Source: Leucoraja erinacea (Eukaryota). Taken from it: a DNA stretch of 64,000 nucleotides. A program made the translations under genes and the position numbers. Location: NCBI RefSeq assembly GCF_028641065.1, contig NC_073409.1:11408001-11472000 (forward strand). The letters run 5' to 3'. This document shows, in pieces, positions 22,601 through 37,600 of the stretch. Below the pieces are notes generated by a model. That model had not been told where the DNA came from. It saw nothing but the letters and a program-made list of their open reading frames with translations, and searched no databases. The stretch's first letter is position 1. Each line of letters opens with the position of its first letter.

Positions 22601-25600
22601 AACCATCCATTTGGACCTGAAGACTCGGTCCCTCATTACTAATCAGATGATGATTCAGCATTCATGAAGATTGTGCATAATACCGTGCTTTTTTCAACAT
22701 AACAATGTTTGAAGGTCTTCTACAACATCAAATAACTGTCTGTTATATAACTCAAGCAAATCAATGTCACATTCAGCCTCCACAAGTATTGGCGGTTTGG
22801 TAATTAGGAGAAATTTGGTGAATTATTCCATTCTATAATTCTATCTACACTATACTTCTGTTGGTGTTCCATCTTCACACTGCTCTTCTAACAAAACTGA
22901 GCTATCAGAATTACAATTTAAACTTTAACTTTCTTTTGTGATTAGAAAATCGGAGGAAAGAATTTATAATGAAAAGTTGGAAAAACTTTATAGAGATGCA
23001 AGTTTTTTTAAAAAGTAGAGATTGTAGATGCCTACTCAATTATTTCTCCTCACCTTGGAGAGTATGGAATGGTCTTTGGTTTCATATGGTTGAAGGCAAA
23101 TGCGAGCTTCTGTGCAGCCCTCTGCTGCTGAATTTCCTAGAAACAAGAGATTGTCTGGTAACATGTTCTACAAATCTACAAGATAGCATCTGACATGTAC
23201 TGATTTGGCATTCCACCAAACCAGCAACAGTAGCCAGTCAGACAGCCTAACGTATGATTCTACAACTATTACGTAGAAAATCCCATAGGAAACACAATAT
23301 CCCTTTAAAGCACAAAACCACCCAGTTTCATTTAAAACCAAACTATATTCATCAATCCTGAATGGATCATGTTCTGCCAATTGCAGCACATCTGATATCA
23401 CTGGCCAGCATAACCCAACTACCGGTTTAGAAAGAAAAAATTGATTTTAGGACAGAGTAGTAATTATGTAGTGCAGTTTCTAGTAAAAAGCTGAAATCGT
23501 ATAATGCTTCCATTAACTTTGAAAATATAGTTTAGATTAAAAAAGAAAGTAGAAGACCTGAACAATCAAACATACAAAAATAAAGTTTCTCTTTCAGCAG
23601 TACCGTGTTAACTTTACCTCTTAAATAAAAGCATTAGGAATCATATCTGACAATTGCCAATTGAGGGAAATAGTCTTAAATCCTGACTTATTCAAGGACC
23701 ACTTCTGAATATTAAAAAAACTTTGTAGCAGTCTAACAGTAAGAAAATAGATCATTTGGCCCATAGTTCCCACTGACCACCTATTCTAAACCTACTCTAA
23801 TCCAATTCGATTTTCTCCACACTCCCATCAATTCAAAGCCTCACAGAGGCCATTTACAGTGGATAATTAACCCAACAACTACGCAGTCACAGAGGAACAT
23901 GCAACACCAGAGTCTATGGGATGCTACAATTAACAGCTCATTAGTATTTTAAAAAATCCCGTAACCTTCTCTTGCCCACTGAGCCAACATACAGTCCAAA
24001 TATGGATACGATGAGCACGTACCTTCAAACACAGATGTAATACAGTATCTTCCTTGTAGATTCTCTTCCACGTGTTCACTACTTCAGGAAGAAAGGATTT
24101 CACAATATACAGCTGACCTGGTTTTAATATATCAAACTCAGACCATGTGCACTCTACTTTTAAAGCTCGCCTCAATCCTCCTCCCATTTCTTCTTTACTT
24201 AAGAACTCAATCTTGGCACATCGGCCCTGTTGCGACCAGGAAGACATGCTGTTGTTCAGACTGACTGGTGAGCTCTCCTCAAGTCGATATATTGTCACAG
24301 GTTCACCTTTAACACAAAAGTGAAGCAAACATTTCAAAACAGTTCACTATTATAATAATAGTTTCAAGCTTTTCAGTATTGTCTCACTTTAATCAATTCT
24401 TCTGTCTAAATTGTAAATACAGCAAACTTCACACCAACTTTGTTTGGCTTAACTCCACAGATGCTGTCTGATCCCCTGGCTATTTCCAGTGATTACATTG
24501 GTTTCAGATTTCCAACAACTGGTAATAGAATCGTACAACATAGAAACAGGTTAATGTAGCCACCTTGTCCATGCTGATAGTGTTACCTATCTACACTAAT
24601 CCCATACATCATGCTTGTATTTCCTGTCCAAACGCCTTTTAAATCTTGAAGTTCCACCCACATCCAGCAGCTCCTCTGAGAGAGCATTCCTGATAATAAC
24701 CACCCTCTGCTTGAAAAACCTGCCCCTCAGAGCTCCCTTCTCGCCTTAAACTTGTGCTGTATGGTCCTAAACTCCCTTGCCTTGGGGAAAACACTGGCTA
24801 TATATTTTATCTGTGTCCCTCATAAATTTCTCCTCCATTTCATCTCAGGCCAGTAGGCAGCATTAAGACAACACTGCTCAAGATGGAGGAAAGAAGTCAA
24901 TACTACCCACTCTGACCCAAAGAGAATTATTTACATTGAATGGTTGGCAGCAGTTTGTCATTCTGCCATAAAAGAAGAGGAGGTGAAAATCCTCACTTTA
25001 AAAAAAGGTACAAGGCACATAATGCTGCAGATCTAGGACTGGGAAATGGTCTTAAGCCAGAAAATGTTTTAGAGGCATCACAGACGGTTCAGACTGAATC
25101 AATCATGAAATAAATGTTTAAGCCTCCGAAGTAGACCCAAAGTATAACACAATATTACATACAATTAACATCCAGTAGGTGGCAGTCTAAACCAAGTCTT
25201 CACTGCAAAGAAAAACAGTGTATGAAGTCCTGGTGTAAAATTTCATCTGTCCATTCCCTCCACAGATGTTGCCTGACCTCCGCTGAGTTCCTCCTGCACG
25301 TTGTTTTTTTTGTTGGACCCAATCATATAGCAGGGAAACAGGCTCTTCGGCTCAACTAGTAAATGCTGACCAAGATTCCCAATCAAAAGCTTGTCTGCAT
25401 TTGGCCCATATCCCTCTCAACCGTTCCTATTTTATCCAAGCGTCTTTTAAATGTTGTTTTAGTACCTACCTCAACTAACTGCTCTGGCAGTTCGTTCCAT
25501 ATACCAACCACTCTGAGTGAAAAGATTGCCCATCTAGTTCTTATTAAATCTCTCCCCTCTCATTTTAAACCTATTTTGGTTCTTGATTCCCCTACACTGG

Positions 25601-28600
25601 GAAATATAATCTGTGAAGTTACCCCATCAATTGCTTCATGAATTTATTCACCTCTATGAGAGCACCTTGAAGCCTTCGCCACTCTAAGGAATAAAGAACC
25701 AGCCTGCACAACCTCTCGCTATAGCTCCAACCCTCGAGTCCTGACGGACCTCGCAAATCTTGCCTGTATTCTTTCCAGCTTAACCTGTTCATTGCTAAGT
25801 TTTTTTTTCACTTGTATACTCTGATCAGAGTATAATCGGGGGTGGCACTGAACAGGTTAATGACATCCTTCCAAGAGCAGGGTGACCAAAACTGAACGCA
25901 ATACTTCAAATGCAGCCTCACCAACGTCTTGTACAACTGTAACAGAATGTCCAATACTGATAAAGGCAAATATACCAAAAGCCTTCTTTACCAGCCTATC
26001 TAGTGATGTCACTTTCATGAAACTGTGCACCTGTACTCCTAACTCCCTGTCTACAACATTCTGTCTTCATCAGAATATTGAATTTTGAAGTTGTGAGGTT
26101 ATGTTACTGTTGTACAAAACATTGGTGAGGCCACATTTGGAGTACAGATGCTCCTTGACTTACGATGCTTCGACTTACGATATTTCGACTTTACGATGGT
26201 GCAAAAGCATTACACATTCAGTTGAAACGGTACTTAGAATGTTGAATTTTGATCTTTTATGGCGATATGCGGTGCAATACTCTCTCGTGATGCTGAGCAA
26301 CGGCAGCGAGCCGCAGCTCCCAGACAGCCACGGATTAGATGGGGTAAATGCATGGAATCTTTTATTCAGAGTAGGGGAATCAAGGCGTAGGTTCAGGTGA
26401 GGGGGGAAAGATTTAATAGGAACCTGAGGGTCAACATATTACACAAAGGGTGGTGGATATATGGAGCCGCCAGAAGAGGTAGTTGAGTCATGTTCTATCA
26501 CAACGTTTAAAAGACATTTGGACAGGTACATGGATAGGATAGGTTTAGAAGGATATGGGCCAAACACAGGCAGGTGGGATTAGTGTAGATGGACCACGTT
26601 GGTCAGCATGGGCAAGTTGGGCCAGAGGGTCTGTTTTCACACTGTATGACTCATGACCCAGATCAACTAACAAGCAAATTAAGAGTAAGGGCTGAAAAAT
26701 TCTCTTGGACCTGATGGCCTGCATCATAATTCTTTAAAGTAGTGGCTGCAGAGAGAGTGAATTTATTGGGAGTGTTCTTTCAAAAATCCTTACATTTTGC
26801 AAACCCTCAAGGAAAACCTCTGAAAAAAAGAAGTTACTTTGCAAAACTTCAAAAACATTTTGTCTGGATGAGAGAGAGACAACCATAGATCCTGCGTTGC
26901 ATGAGAGGGAAGGTGTAGTAATCCCCAAATCAGGGAGAATGACAGGGGGAGAATCCTTTAAAAGAAGCTCTCTCATGGATCAGTAATCCCCTACCAAAAG
27001 ACTTGACCATTTATCTTAGTTGCCCCTTACAGTTTTATAAACAGGAGCGCAGCTGCCTAATACAGTCTCTCAGCGTAACCCCCTCCAAAAACATCCAAGT
27101 GAATCCCTTCTGTGCTTTGTTGTTACCATAGCCTTTCTGCTACAACCAGAAATATACGGATTACGTTAATAGCTATTGAAAACTTACTATGTCTTGTACT
27201 CAATAGCTCGGCTGATGAACGCAAGTATGCCAAATGCTGCCATCACTACTTTCCGTGAGCCATTGGACGTGCACTCCCAAGCGCTGCTGTATATTAACGT
27301 TCCAACAGTCCCTGCTGTGTACATGCATTAAGGAACATGAGGGGTACTGGTGATACTGGCAAAGCCACTATTTATTTCTAATCTTAATTTTCTTGGGAAA
27401 GTAGACAAAATACTGCAACATTTAATTTGAATTGAGGATGCCAGGAGCTTTCTGCACATCGCACTTTGTTTAGTTGAAGAGTTTTTCAGGAGAATACAGT
27501 CTCTCAGCGTAACCCAAAAACAAACATTACAGGAATTAATAGCTATTGAAAACTTACTATGTGCAGCAGTATGTTGGCTCCAATGTGAACAATAAAACCA
27601 AAGTCAAAGGGTTTTAGTCAGACAAGGGAAGACATTTTCCCACTGACTGAATAGATTAAGGAGGGCGAAAAGAAGAGCTGTGATTATTGAGTGCAAAAAG
27701 GTCAACTGTCTGTAACCTTAGTGCAAACAAACTGATAACTTTCAAAGTGACTAATGATTTCTGAAAACATATGGCCATACTGTCATTTAAACACGTCAAA
27801 AGATAAATGAAAATCAAGCAAAAATGACAACCGACAAAAAATAACAATACAAGAACAGATTATTGAAAACATTTGGGCATGAATATAGAAATAAAATTAG
27901 TTGCCAGAAATTACAAACATTGACTTTAAGATGCGACAACGTGCTTTATCCTAATCATAATGGCTGACAGAGCATAAACAAGATTTATATTTGCATTCTC
28001 AATGGAAGATACAAAAACCTGACAACAGTGGAACGTGTCAACAAGAATGGGCAATCAAGCGTTTTACATTTAGGTAAAAAGATGTGTCATTTTAAGTTGC
28101 CAGAAATTCTACTCACCCCTGTTTGGAAGAGGAGTAAATGGAATAGTCTGTGAAAGCCGCATCAAATTATTCCTCTCAACAGCTGTAAAGAAAGACACAC
28201 AGAGCACATCATTAGTCAAGTGAAACATCAGTTAAAGTAAACATGTATGAAGCTTAATGTTTAGTCACACTGACCTGAATAGTAGTAATTTACATCCAGT
28301 GCAGGTTTAAAAGGAGAACCAATCACTAAGAGGCAAAGGAGGGAAAAAGAGACATAGCACTTTTAAAATGAAACATAACAGTTCTTGCAAAAACAGTGAT
28401 GGTTTACTATTATAAATACGAGTCATATTTACACAAAGTAAAATAACTAAATTCCCCTGAAATTTTTAAATCTTTAAATGCTATTCATTTTGTTACAAAA
28501 CAAAACAAAATGACCAGCCATATAAAAACTGTGCTTTGAGAAGCTGAAAATATCAATATCATCTTACCTCCCATTTTTCTTTGCCTTGCATGAGATTGAT

Positions 28601-31600
28601 GAGCATTGTAAAAGTGTTGTGCTGAAAAAGATGGGAGAACAAGATCCTTAAACTCTCCCTACACAAAGCCAACAAAAGTAGATTTTCAAAACACAGATGG
28701 GTTTGGAACACATCAGAATTCCAAACAGCATTAAAGTCAATCACTTCACAAAATTATATTCTTCATGCACATCAGTATGTATTTCAGGACAACTGCAGAA
28801 TAAATATGTTCACACAAGCTGCCACTATTCCAGAATAATGGAGGCTGGTGTTAACAACTATGACCATCATTAACAGGACTGCGTCAACCACTGATTTCAG
28901 GCATCTTGCTGGAAAGCTGACAATTTCTCAGTTGGTCTGCTCTTCTTTGACTGGCACAAGTATTTTCAAACATCCAAGAAGGATTTTAAATACTGAGAAT
29001 ACTGTTGCCCAACTTGCTGTGTACTTCAATTGTCCAGTTTTTAATTAAGGAGCCTTTAAATAAATATCTGATAAATAATCAGTTTGAAGTATGTAATAAT
29101 ACTTTGTCTACATAGGGAAAGTTAGTTAAGCAGAAAGCATTTTGTGAAGCTAATGAAAGAACAGGATTAGTGTATACGGAGAAATAAATCCAATTATGCC
29201 CTTGCAGCACAGCAAACTTAACAGGATCTGAAAAAAGTGAAAGCATTTTAATTATCAAAGGTTTATTGGGATTAGGTTTTACAACCAGAGTTTGATTATT
29301 GGCACAAGGCTCTGCATTCTTTTCCAAAACACTAACTAAAGCTCCATAAAGGTAAAAAAGTTGTCAGTTTAGCATTGTTAAACGCATGGAGTATGAATAC
29401 AAAATAGCTTGGACACAAAATTACTAAGATTGGCCAAGATTACTAAATAAATGAGTCCTATCAATGCATAATCACAAAGCTGAGATTGGTAGCCCTGGAA
29501 CAAAGTACTGGTGCTCACTACAACAACAGTGGAGTTATATTTTGAGACAGCTTCTTTAAAATCAAATGGTTTCAATAAAATGTATGTATTATGGAGATTC
29601 AATTAGCACATGTTGAATTCAAGTCTTACCACTTAAGGCATCTTCACCAGCAGCCCTGAAATGAAAAAATAAACAATTCATACTTGATCAAAAAGATTTA
29701 AAACCAGAATTAATTACTTACATGCCAAGTAAATTATTTAAACATGTAGCAAACTTTACCAAATAAGTTTTCATAATTAGCTAAATCTGTGTTGTGCTTA
29801 TGCAGGGTTTAATGAGAGAAAGATAGATCAGCCATGACTGAATGGTAGAGTAGACTTGAAGGGCTGAATGACCTAATTCTGCTCCTACGATTTATAAATA
29901 TTTGGGACAGTCGTTTCAAAAACTATTAATAATTGATAAAAAATATTAATAGGTATTAACGTAAATATAACATTTGTCATCCAAAGTAGCAATGAACAGA
30001 AATAGAAAAGGATTTAACTTCATTATATTCATATAATTTTATTCCCTATTATATTTTCACATTTTCTTATGAAATAGAAGATTATATGGAACAACCAAAT
30101 CTATGCCAGCACTCAGCATTTTTTTGGTCTCGTTTTCAGCAATAACTTTTCTCCCACAGCCTTCCTGGATGCAGTCCTAACCTTCCAGTCTACCTCGGTG
30201 CACTATTCACACTTTTTGTTTTTTTGCACTTTCTCTGTAGCTGCAAAACTATATTCTGGATCGTTAATTTTTTCTTTTGCAAAACCTTTTGCATTCGGGT
30301 ACAGTATGACCTGCCTGGATAACACACAACGTTATTCATTCTATTTTAGTTTACATGACAATAATAAACTAATACAAATACCAATTCTCCATGAAGACAC
30401 TCATTGCCCACTGGTCTGCACCTGGACTATATCGCTTCAAATCATTCCTATTTAGGTACTTGTCTAAGTGTCTTTTCAATATTGTAACTGTACCCACCTG
30501 TTCCACTTCCTCTGGCAGCTTATTGTCCAAACCCATCATCTTCTGAATGAAGAAATTGCCCCACCGTTCCCTTTTAAAGCTCTCCCCTCTCACTTTAACA
30601 CCTGCTAGGTTGCGACTCCCCTGCCATGGGAAAAGGCTGTCCCTCATATCATATACCTCTGTAAGATCACAGCCCAGCTTCTTACTTTTCAGGGGGGAAA
30701 AGACACACCCTATCCAGACTCTTCTGATAACTCGAACACTCCAGCCCCAGTAACATCCTCTTAAATCTATTTTGTGCCCTTTCCCATTTATAGCATTTCT
30801 AATGGAATAGAAATTTGTGCAGTCATCACCAACATGCTCACCTCTGACATTAAGATGGAAGGAAGATTATTGATGAAGAAGCTGAACACAGTTGGGTCAA
30901 GGAAGCGGCCCTGAGGAACCCCAGCAGTGATTCAATGAGTGATTGATCTCCAATAACCATGCCTTAATTTCTAGGAATCTATTAAATTCTATCCACTTAC
31001 ATTTGACTACTGGATGCAACAGATTTATCTTCCAGACGACCCTAAACCAAAATGGAAAAAATGAAGGTGCACATGAACACACTGATAAACATAATGTACA
31101 ATATGCTTTAATGTCATTGTTCTCAGGCTGTGTGCACATCCAGTGCTTGGTAGAAAGTTAGTTCATGCTCTAGCTTGTAGATTAGAAGATTTAAAATCAG
31201 GAAGAATTTAATGTCAATAGTTCTTCCTGGAATGGAATTTGGCTACAACCTTATCACGTTCTTTACCTGGAAATTACTACTTTTACCTAAAGTCTGTTCA
31301 TTTCATTTTTCAATTCTAATGAATATCTGATAAGTGATAACCATTTTTTTCCCTTTGCCAATGCTACCTGACCCGAGTTATCCTGTTTTTAATTCTAGTC
31401 CCTTTAAGGATGTTTTGGAAACAAACAAATCATTTCAGTAAAGCTCATCCTGATGGATACTCAAAACAGATATGTCAATTATTCAAAATTTTCTTGAACA
31501 AAATTTGCTCATTTGTAAGTGAAGATAAATTAACACTGAGGGCATCTTATTGTAAATTAACACTTTCCCATCACACTTTCCAGTAAATCTCAAACAGCCC

Positions 31601-34600
31601 AGTTTAGGATATTGCTCCTTGCTTTGGACTGAAAATAGCAGTCAAAAAGAGGCACAATACATGAAAAAATGAATGCTTCAAAGAAAGTCAGAGAGGAGAG
31701 CAGAGGCTTACAATGTTTGCAAGAATGTATTTGACTATTACTTTTCGTGGCAACTTGTTCCATATACCCACCACCTTCTGTGTGAAGAAATTGCTCCTTA
31801 GGTAATTTTTAAAGTTTTGCCCTCTCACCTTAAACCTACGCTCTTTATGACTCCCCTACCCTAGGGAAAGAACTGTCCATCAAGATTTTATACACCTCCG
31901 TAAAGGTCAACCTCCAGTCTCCTGCATTCCAGGGAAAAAAGACTTGACTAACAACTCAAATCCTTCAGACTTGATTAACATCCTCGTAAATCTTTTTTTG
32001 TACCCTTTCCAGTTTAATGACATCCTTCATGCAGCAGGGCGACCAAAACTGTACAGTACTCCATATGTGGCTTGCCCATGTCCTGTGAAGCTGAAACATG
32101 ACATCCTAACCCCTGTACTCAATGCACTGACCAATGAAGACAAGCATGCCCAACAACTTCTTTACTACCCTGTCTGTCTACTTGCATTCCCACTTCAATG
32201 CACCATTAAAGGTATTTCTGAACTATAACACTGCCCTATCATTTACTGTGCAAATCTTACCCTGGCTTGTCATACCAAAATGATCTTTTATTTATCTCCC
32301 TTCATTGATATGATACAATTTGAATGACTGGAGGACATTGTATGAATTTGGGAAGTTAACACAGTTGGTCAAAACCATGTTGTAGCAAAATAAATATTTG
32401 CTTTATGAAACAAGTCAGGTACAGATTATACAATTTAGCAAGCAGGTTTTGGCAGCATGCAACCAGAATGAAGTAACATCCTTTTATTGAACGTTACCGG
32501 ATTGCAGCAATATTTGTAGTAATGCTCATGGTAATTAGTGTGTTGTATTTAGTATAACATTATGCCAAGCAGAACAAACAGAATGGAGATATGTGAAAGA
32601 CAAATGACCTGTTGACTATATAAACCAAGCTAGGGAACGGTTGCAGCATATAAAAGGGAATGAGGAGAGATAGGTAATGGAGGGATGCTTTTCTGACTGG
32701 ATGTATATGACTAGTTAAGTACTACATGAAGTGGTGCCGAATCTTCTGTTGTTTAATATATATATATATATATACACATATACGTTAATGGCTTGGATGT
32801 GAATGTACGAAATACGACGAGTCCACAATGAGATGTAAATTGGTGTTTTTATGAATAGCAAGAAAAATTACCTCAGGCAACAGCAGGATATTGTGCAGAG
32901 CATTGGAAGTGGATGTTGTGCAGAGCATTGCAAATGGAATTTAATTCTGACAAATGCAAGGTGTTTCACTTTGGAAAGTCAAACAGTGGTAGAATATTTA
33001 CAAAGGTAGAAATTATGATAACCAGAATGACCTTCAGTGTGCATGTCCATCATTGGTGGGAAGGGTGGTGTAGAAGGCATATGGCATGCCCTCTTCATAG
33101 ATCAGGGAATAGAATACAAGAATTAGGGGATTACATTGCAATGTAACTCAACAGACTTGGAATATTATGTGCAGTTCCGGTCACCACACCATAGAAAGGA
33201 TGTGATTGCACCAAAGAGAGTGAAGAGAAGATTCACCCGGGTGTTGCCTCGATTCGACTTTAATTATGGGGAGAGATTGCATAAACTGGCCTTGTCTTCC
33301 CTGAAGATTCACCTGGATGTTGCATCGATTCGACTTTAATTATGGGGAGAGATTGCATAAACTGGCCTTGTCTTCCCTGAAGCCACACGGATAGAAGGGG
33401 TCACCAAAGAGAGTGAAGAGAAGATTCACCTGTGGTGTTGCATCGATGACTTTAGGGGAGAGATTGCATAAACTGTGCCTTGTCTTCCACTGACCGGAGG
33501 CCCGGGGTCACCCAATAGAGGTACCGTTTTGCACCCGCTGTGCAGCCACCCGAGCCAATTTGTGCAGCCCAGGCCGTGCTGACCCGGGCCAGACTCCCCA
33601 CACCCTGTGAAAGGAACTCTCCCCCCCCCCCCCCAGCGGCGCTGTCCTTTTACAGCCGCTGCCCATCAGCTGCCAGCAATGAGAGATAGACTTGGCTATC
33701 TTTCTTGGCTAACAACCTAACCTTCGGCCTCCAATACGCAGGTAAATTTTTGTGCCTTATTTTTGGGTAAAAAATAGCATCTTCATTGCCAGGAAATACG
33801 GTATATAAAATCATGAGCAGCATGGAAATGATGGACAGTCAGATTGGTTTTCCCTTTTGTACAAAGAAGAGGAGCAATTTCAGATAACACCTAGAATTCA
33901 TCATCATGAAAACAGGTTAAGCAGTGTCCAAAGCGAAACAGAATTAAAGTTTTAACAAAGATTCTTCGTTGTATGACCCTTCTAGGCCTGTTGAAATGTT
34001 AACCACTTTGTTGTCAGTTCCTGCCTGAGCTATGAGTTGTTTCCGTGCATTTTTTAATTTCCAGCATCTTCAATTTTTTAATTTTCATCATCTTGTGTAT
34101 TGATGGAGAACAATTAAAATAGATGGCATCAGTCAAGGAAAGGCCCAATAAAAACACAAGGATTCAAAACGTGCATCAAATAGAGGAGACTTGTGTGCCA
34201 CATTGTAAAATCACAGGGTTTAAATGCTATTTTTAAACCACCCATGAACACACTTTAAAATGTTTACTTTTCAAAATTAATATTACATTACCAACATTAT
34301 TCGATAACAAGCATAGCAATCAAACTGACCAGTAGAGAAGCTTTTGAATTCTCTCGATAGAATGTTACATCTTCAGCTGAGGCCCTGGTCCTGTCTTTAC
34401 CACCCCTGCCTTGTACTGGTGAAACAAAAGAAACACATTAAAGTCTTTGCTGTAAAGACTATATCAGAAAGGCTTCAATGCTGTTTTAAGTATTTCCTCG
34501 TATTTGATTGCTGGCAGGAAGTGGAAGACAATTGTACAAATACATTGGGATATATCCAAATACATCACTTGCCAATAAAGTTCCTAATGTCAAAACAATT

Positions 34601-37600
34601 CAATGACTTTACAAATATAGTCCTACTAGGAATGGGGAAGTGCTAGATCTGATCCCAGAGATTGAAGCAGGGTAAATGGGTGTGCACTTTGGAAATAGTG
34701 ACAATATTAAGTTCCAAAGTAGTAACGGAAAGGGATTGTCTAAATTGGGGCAAGGTCAAGTTCAATATCAATAGACCATACCTGGCAAACACAGACTGGT
34801 TGAAGTTAAATGCAGGTAAATAAACACTGGGGAACAGAGAGTCATGTACAAATGAAAAAGAAAGTTCAGGGTCAACATGTTCCAGTAAAGATTATGGGTA
34901 ATAACGGCAAATGCAGGGAATCATGGATGTTAAGTAATAAAGAGTTTGAAAAATAAAAAAAAAGAGAAGCACATAGTGGATGAAAATGATGGAGACCCTT
35001 CAGGAGCATAGAGTGTAGTGGGGATGCTTACACAAAAATTAGGAGGGCAATGAAGGGTCTTGAAATATCACTGGCAGATAATGTTAAACAAAATCCCATG
35101 GTAATTTATAAATGCCTTAAGGATAACCAGGGGAGTGGAGCTCCTTAGCCTCCGTAGACGGAATCTGTGCATAGAGCAAGAGAAATGTGTGAGCGCACTG
35201 GAGAGCTTGCAGAGAATAAGCCAGATGTTGCCTGGAATGGAGCATCTCAGTTATAATGGATGAGGCTGGGCTTGTATTGGAGAAGAGCAGATAGAGGGGT
35301 TCTAATGAGAGATATTACAGTGCCGTCCATAATGTTTGGGACAAAGACCCATGATTTATTTATTTGCCTCTGTACTTCACAATTTGAGATTTGTAATAGA
35401 AAAAAAAAATCACATGTGGTTAAATTTACACTGTCAGATTTTATTGAAGGGTATTTTTTATACATTTTGGTTTCACCATGTAGAAATTACAGCTGTGTTT
35501 ATACAGTCCCCCTATTTCAGGGCACCATAATGTTTGGGACACATGGCTTCACAGGTGTTTGTAATTGCTCAGGTGTGTTTAATTGTCTCCTTAAAGCAGG
35601 TATAAGAGAGCTCTCAGCACCTAGTCTTTCCTCCAGTCTTTCCATCACATTTGGAAACTTTTATTGCTGTTTATCAACATGAGGACCAAAGTTGTGCCAA
35701 TGAAAGTCCAAGAAGCCATTATGAGACTGAGAAACAAGAATAAAACTGTTAGAAACATCAGCCAAACTTTAGGTTTACCAAAATGTTTGGAACATCATCA
35801 AGAAGAAAGAGAGCACACTAATCACAAAAAGACTGGCAGACCAAGGAATACCTCCACAGCTGATGACAGAAGAATTCTCTCTATAATAAAGAAAAATCCC
35901 CAAAAACCTATCCGACAGATCAGAAACACTCTTCAGGAGTCATGTGTGGATTTGTCAATGATCATTGTCCGCAGAAGACATCATGAACAGAAATACAGAG
36001 GCTACACTGCAAGATGCAAACCATTGGTTAGCCGCAAAAATAGCATGGCCAGGTTACAGTTTGCCAAGAAGTACTTAAAAGAGTAACCACAGTTCTGGAA
36101 AAACGGTCTTGTGGACAGATGAGACGAAGATTAACTTATATCAGAGGGATGGCAAGAGCAAAGTATGGAAGAGAGAAGGAACTGCCCAGGATCCAAAGCA
36201 TACCACCTCATCTGTGAAACACAGTGGTGGGGGTGTTATGGCCTGAGCCTGTATGGCTGCTGAAGGTTCTGGCTCACTTATCATCATTGATGATACAACT
36301 GCTGATGGTAGTAGCATAATGAATTATGAAGTGTATAGACACATCCTATCTGCTCACGTTCAAACAAATGCCTCAAAACTCATTGACCGGCGGTCCATTC
36401 TACAGCAAGACAATGATCCCAAACCTACTGCTAAAGCAACAAAGAGTTTTTCAAAGCTAAAATATGGTCAATTCTTGAGTGGCCAGGTAAATCGCCCAAT
36501 CTGAACCCAATTGAGCATGCCTTTTATATGCTGAAAGGAACACTGAAGGGGACTAGCCCCCAAAGCAAGCATTAGCTAAAGATGGCTGCAATACAGGCCT
36601 GGCAGAGGATCACCAGAGAAGACACCCAGCAACTGGTGATGTCCACGAATCGCAGACTTCAAGCAGCCATTGCTTGCAAAGAATATGCAACAAAATAATA
36701 AACATGACTACTTTCATTTATGACATTGCTGTGTCCCAAACATTATGGTGCCCTGAACTGGGATGACTATATATAAACACCGCTGTAATTTCTACATGGT
36801 GAAACCAAAATGTATAAATATGGCCTTTAAATCTGACAATGTGTACTTTAACCACGTGTTTTTTTCCAGTACAAATGTCAAATTGTGGAGTACAGACGTA
36901 AATAAATAAATGATGTGTCTTTGTCACAAACATTATGGAGGGCACTTATGAAACTATTCCCCTTGGCATGGGTATCTAAGACCAGAAGGCCTAAGTTTAA
37001 AGTAAGTAAGATGTTTAGAGGGGATATGAAGAAAAACAAATGTTGTAAAATCTAACCAACTGGGACTTGGAACACAATAGTACAGCACAGGAAAAGGCTC
37101 ATCGGCCCATCGTGTAAATTATGCCAATTTGAACTAATCAGATCTGCCTGCTTAAAGCCCATATACCACCTCTTCCCTGCATGTTTTTGTATGTCTTATT
37201 TTTTTCTTAAATGTTGCTACAATATTTGTTTATCGCACATCTACCACCCTTTGTGTAACAAAAAACTACTTGCCTCTTAAATCTTTCAACTTTCATCCTC
37301 TCTTAAATTTTTGTTCACTAATATTTGTTACTTCCACTCTGGGAAAAAGACGTTATCAACTCTACCTATGTCTCTCAATGTTATATATTTTTAATCAGGT
37401 CTTTTTTTGCCATCCTAAGCTTCATCAAAAACAAACCAAGTTTGTCCAGCTTTTTGTTTCAGCTAATAGTCTCCAATCCAGGCAACATCTTGATGAATCC
37501 AGGCAACATCTTGACGAATCTCTTCAGCACCCATTCCAAAGTCTTCATATCTTTCAATAAAGCAGTGACCAGAATTCCTTAGATATGTCTAACCAAAGTT

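Noticed and set aside
31597-31629. Possible extra TRPM7 micro-exon after a tattttcag acceptor ([11 protein letters not shown])
   Set aside because: Only a weak gtttga donor and no homology; the frame is already satisfied by the 41-nt exon at 31001-31041.
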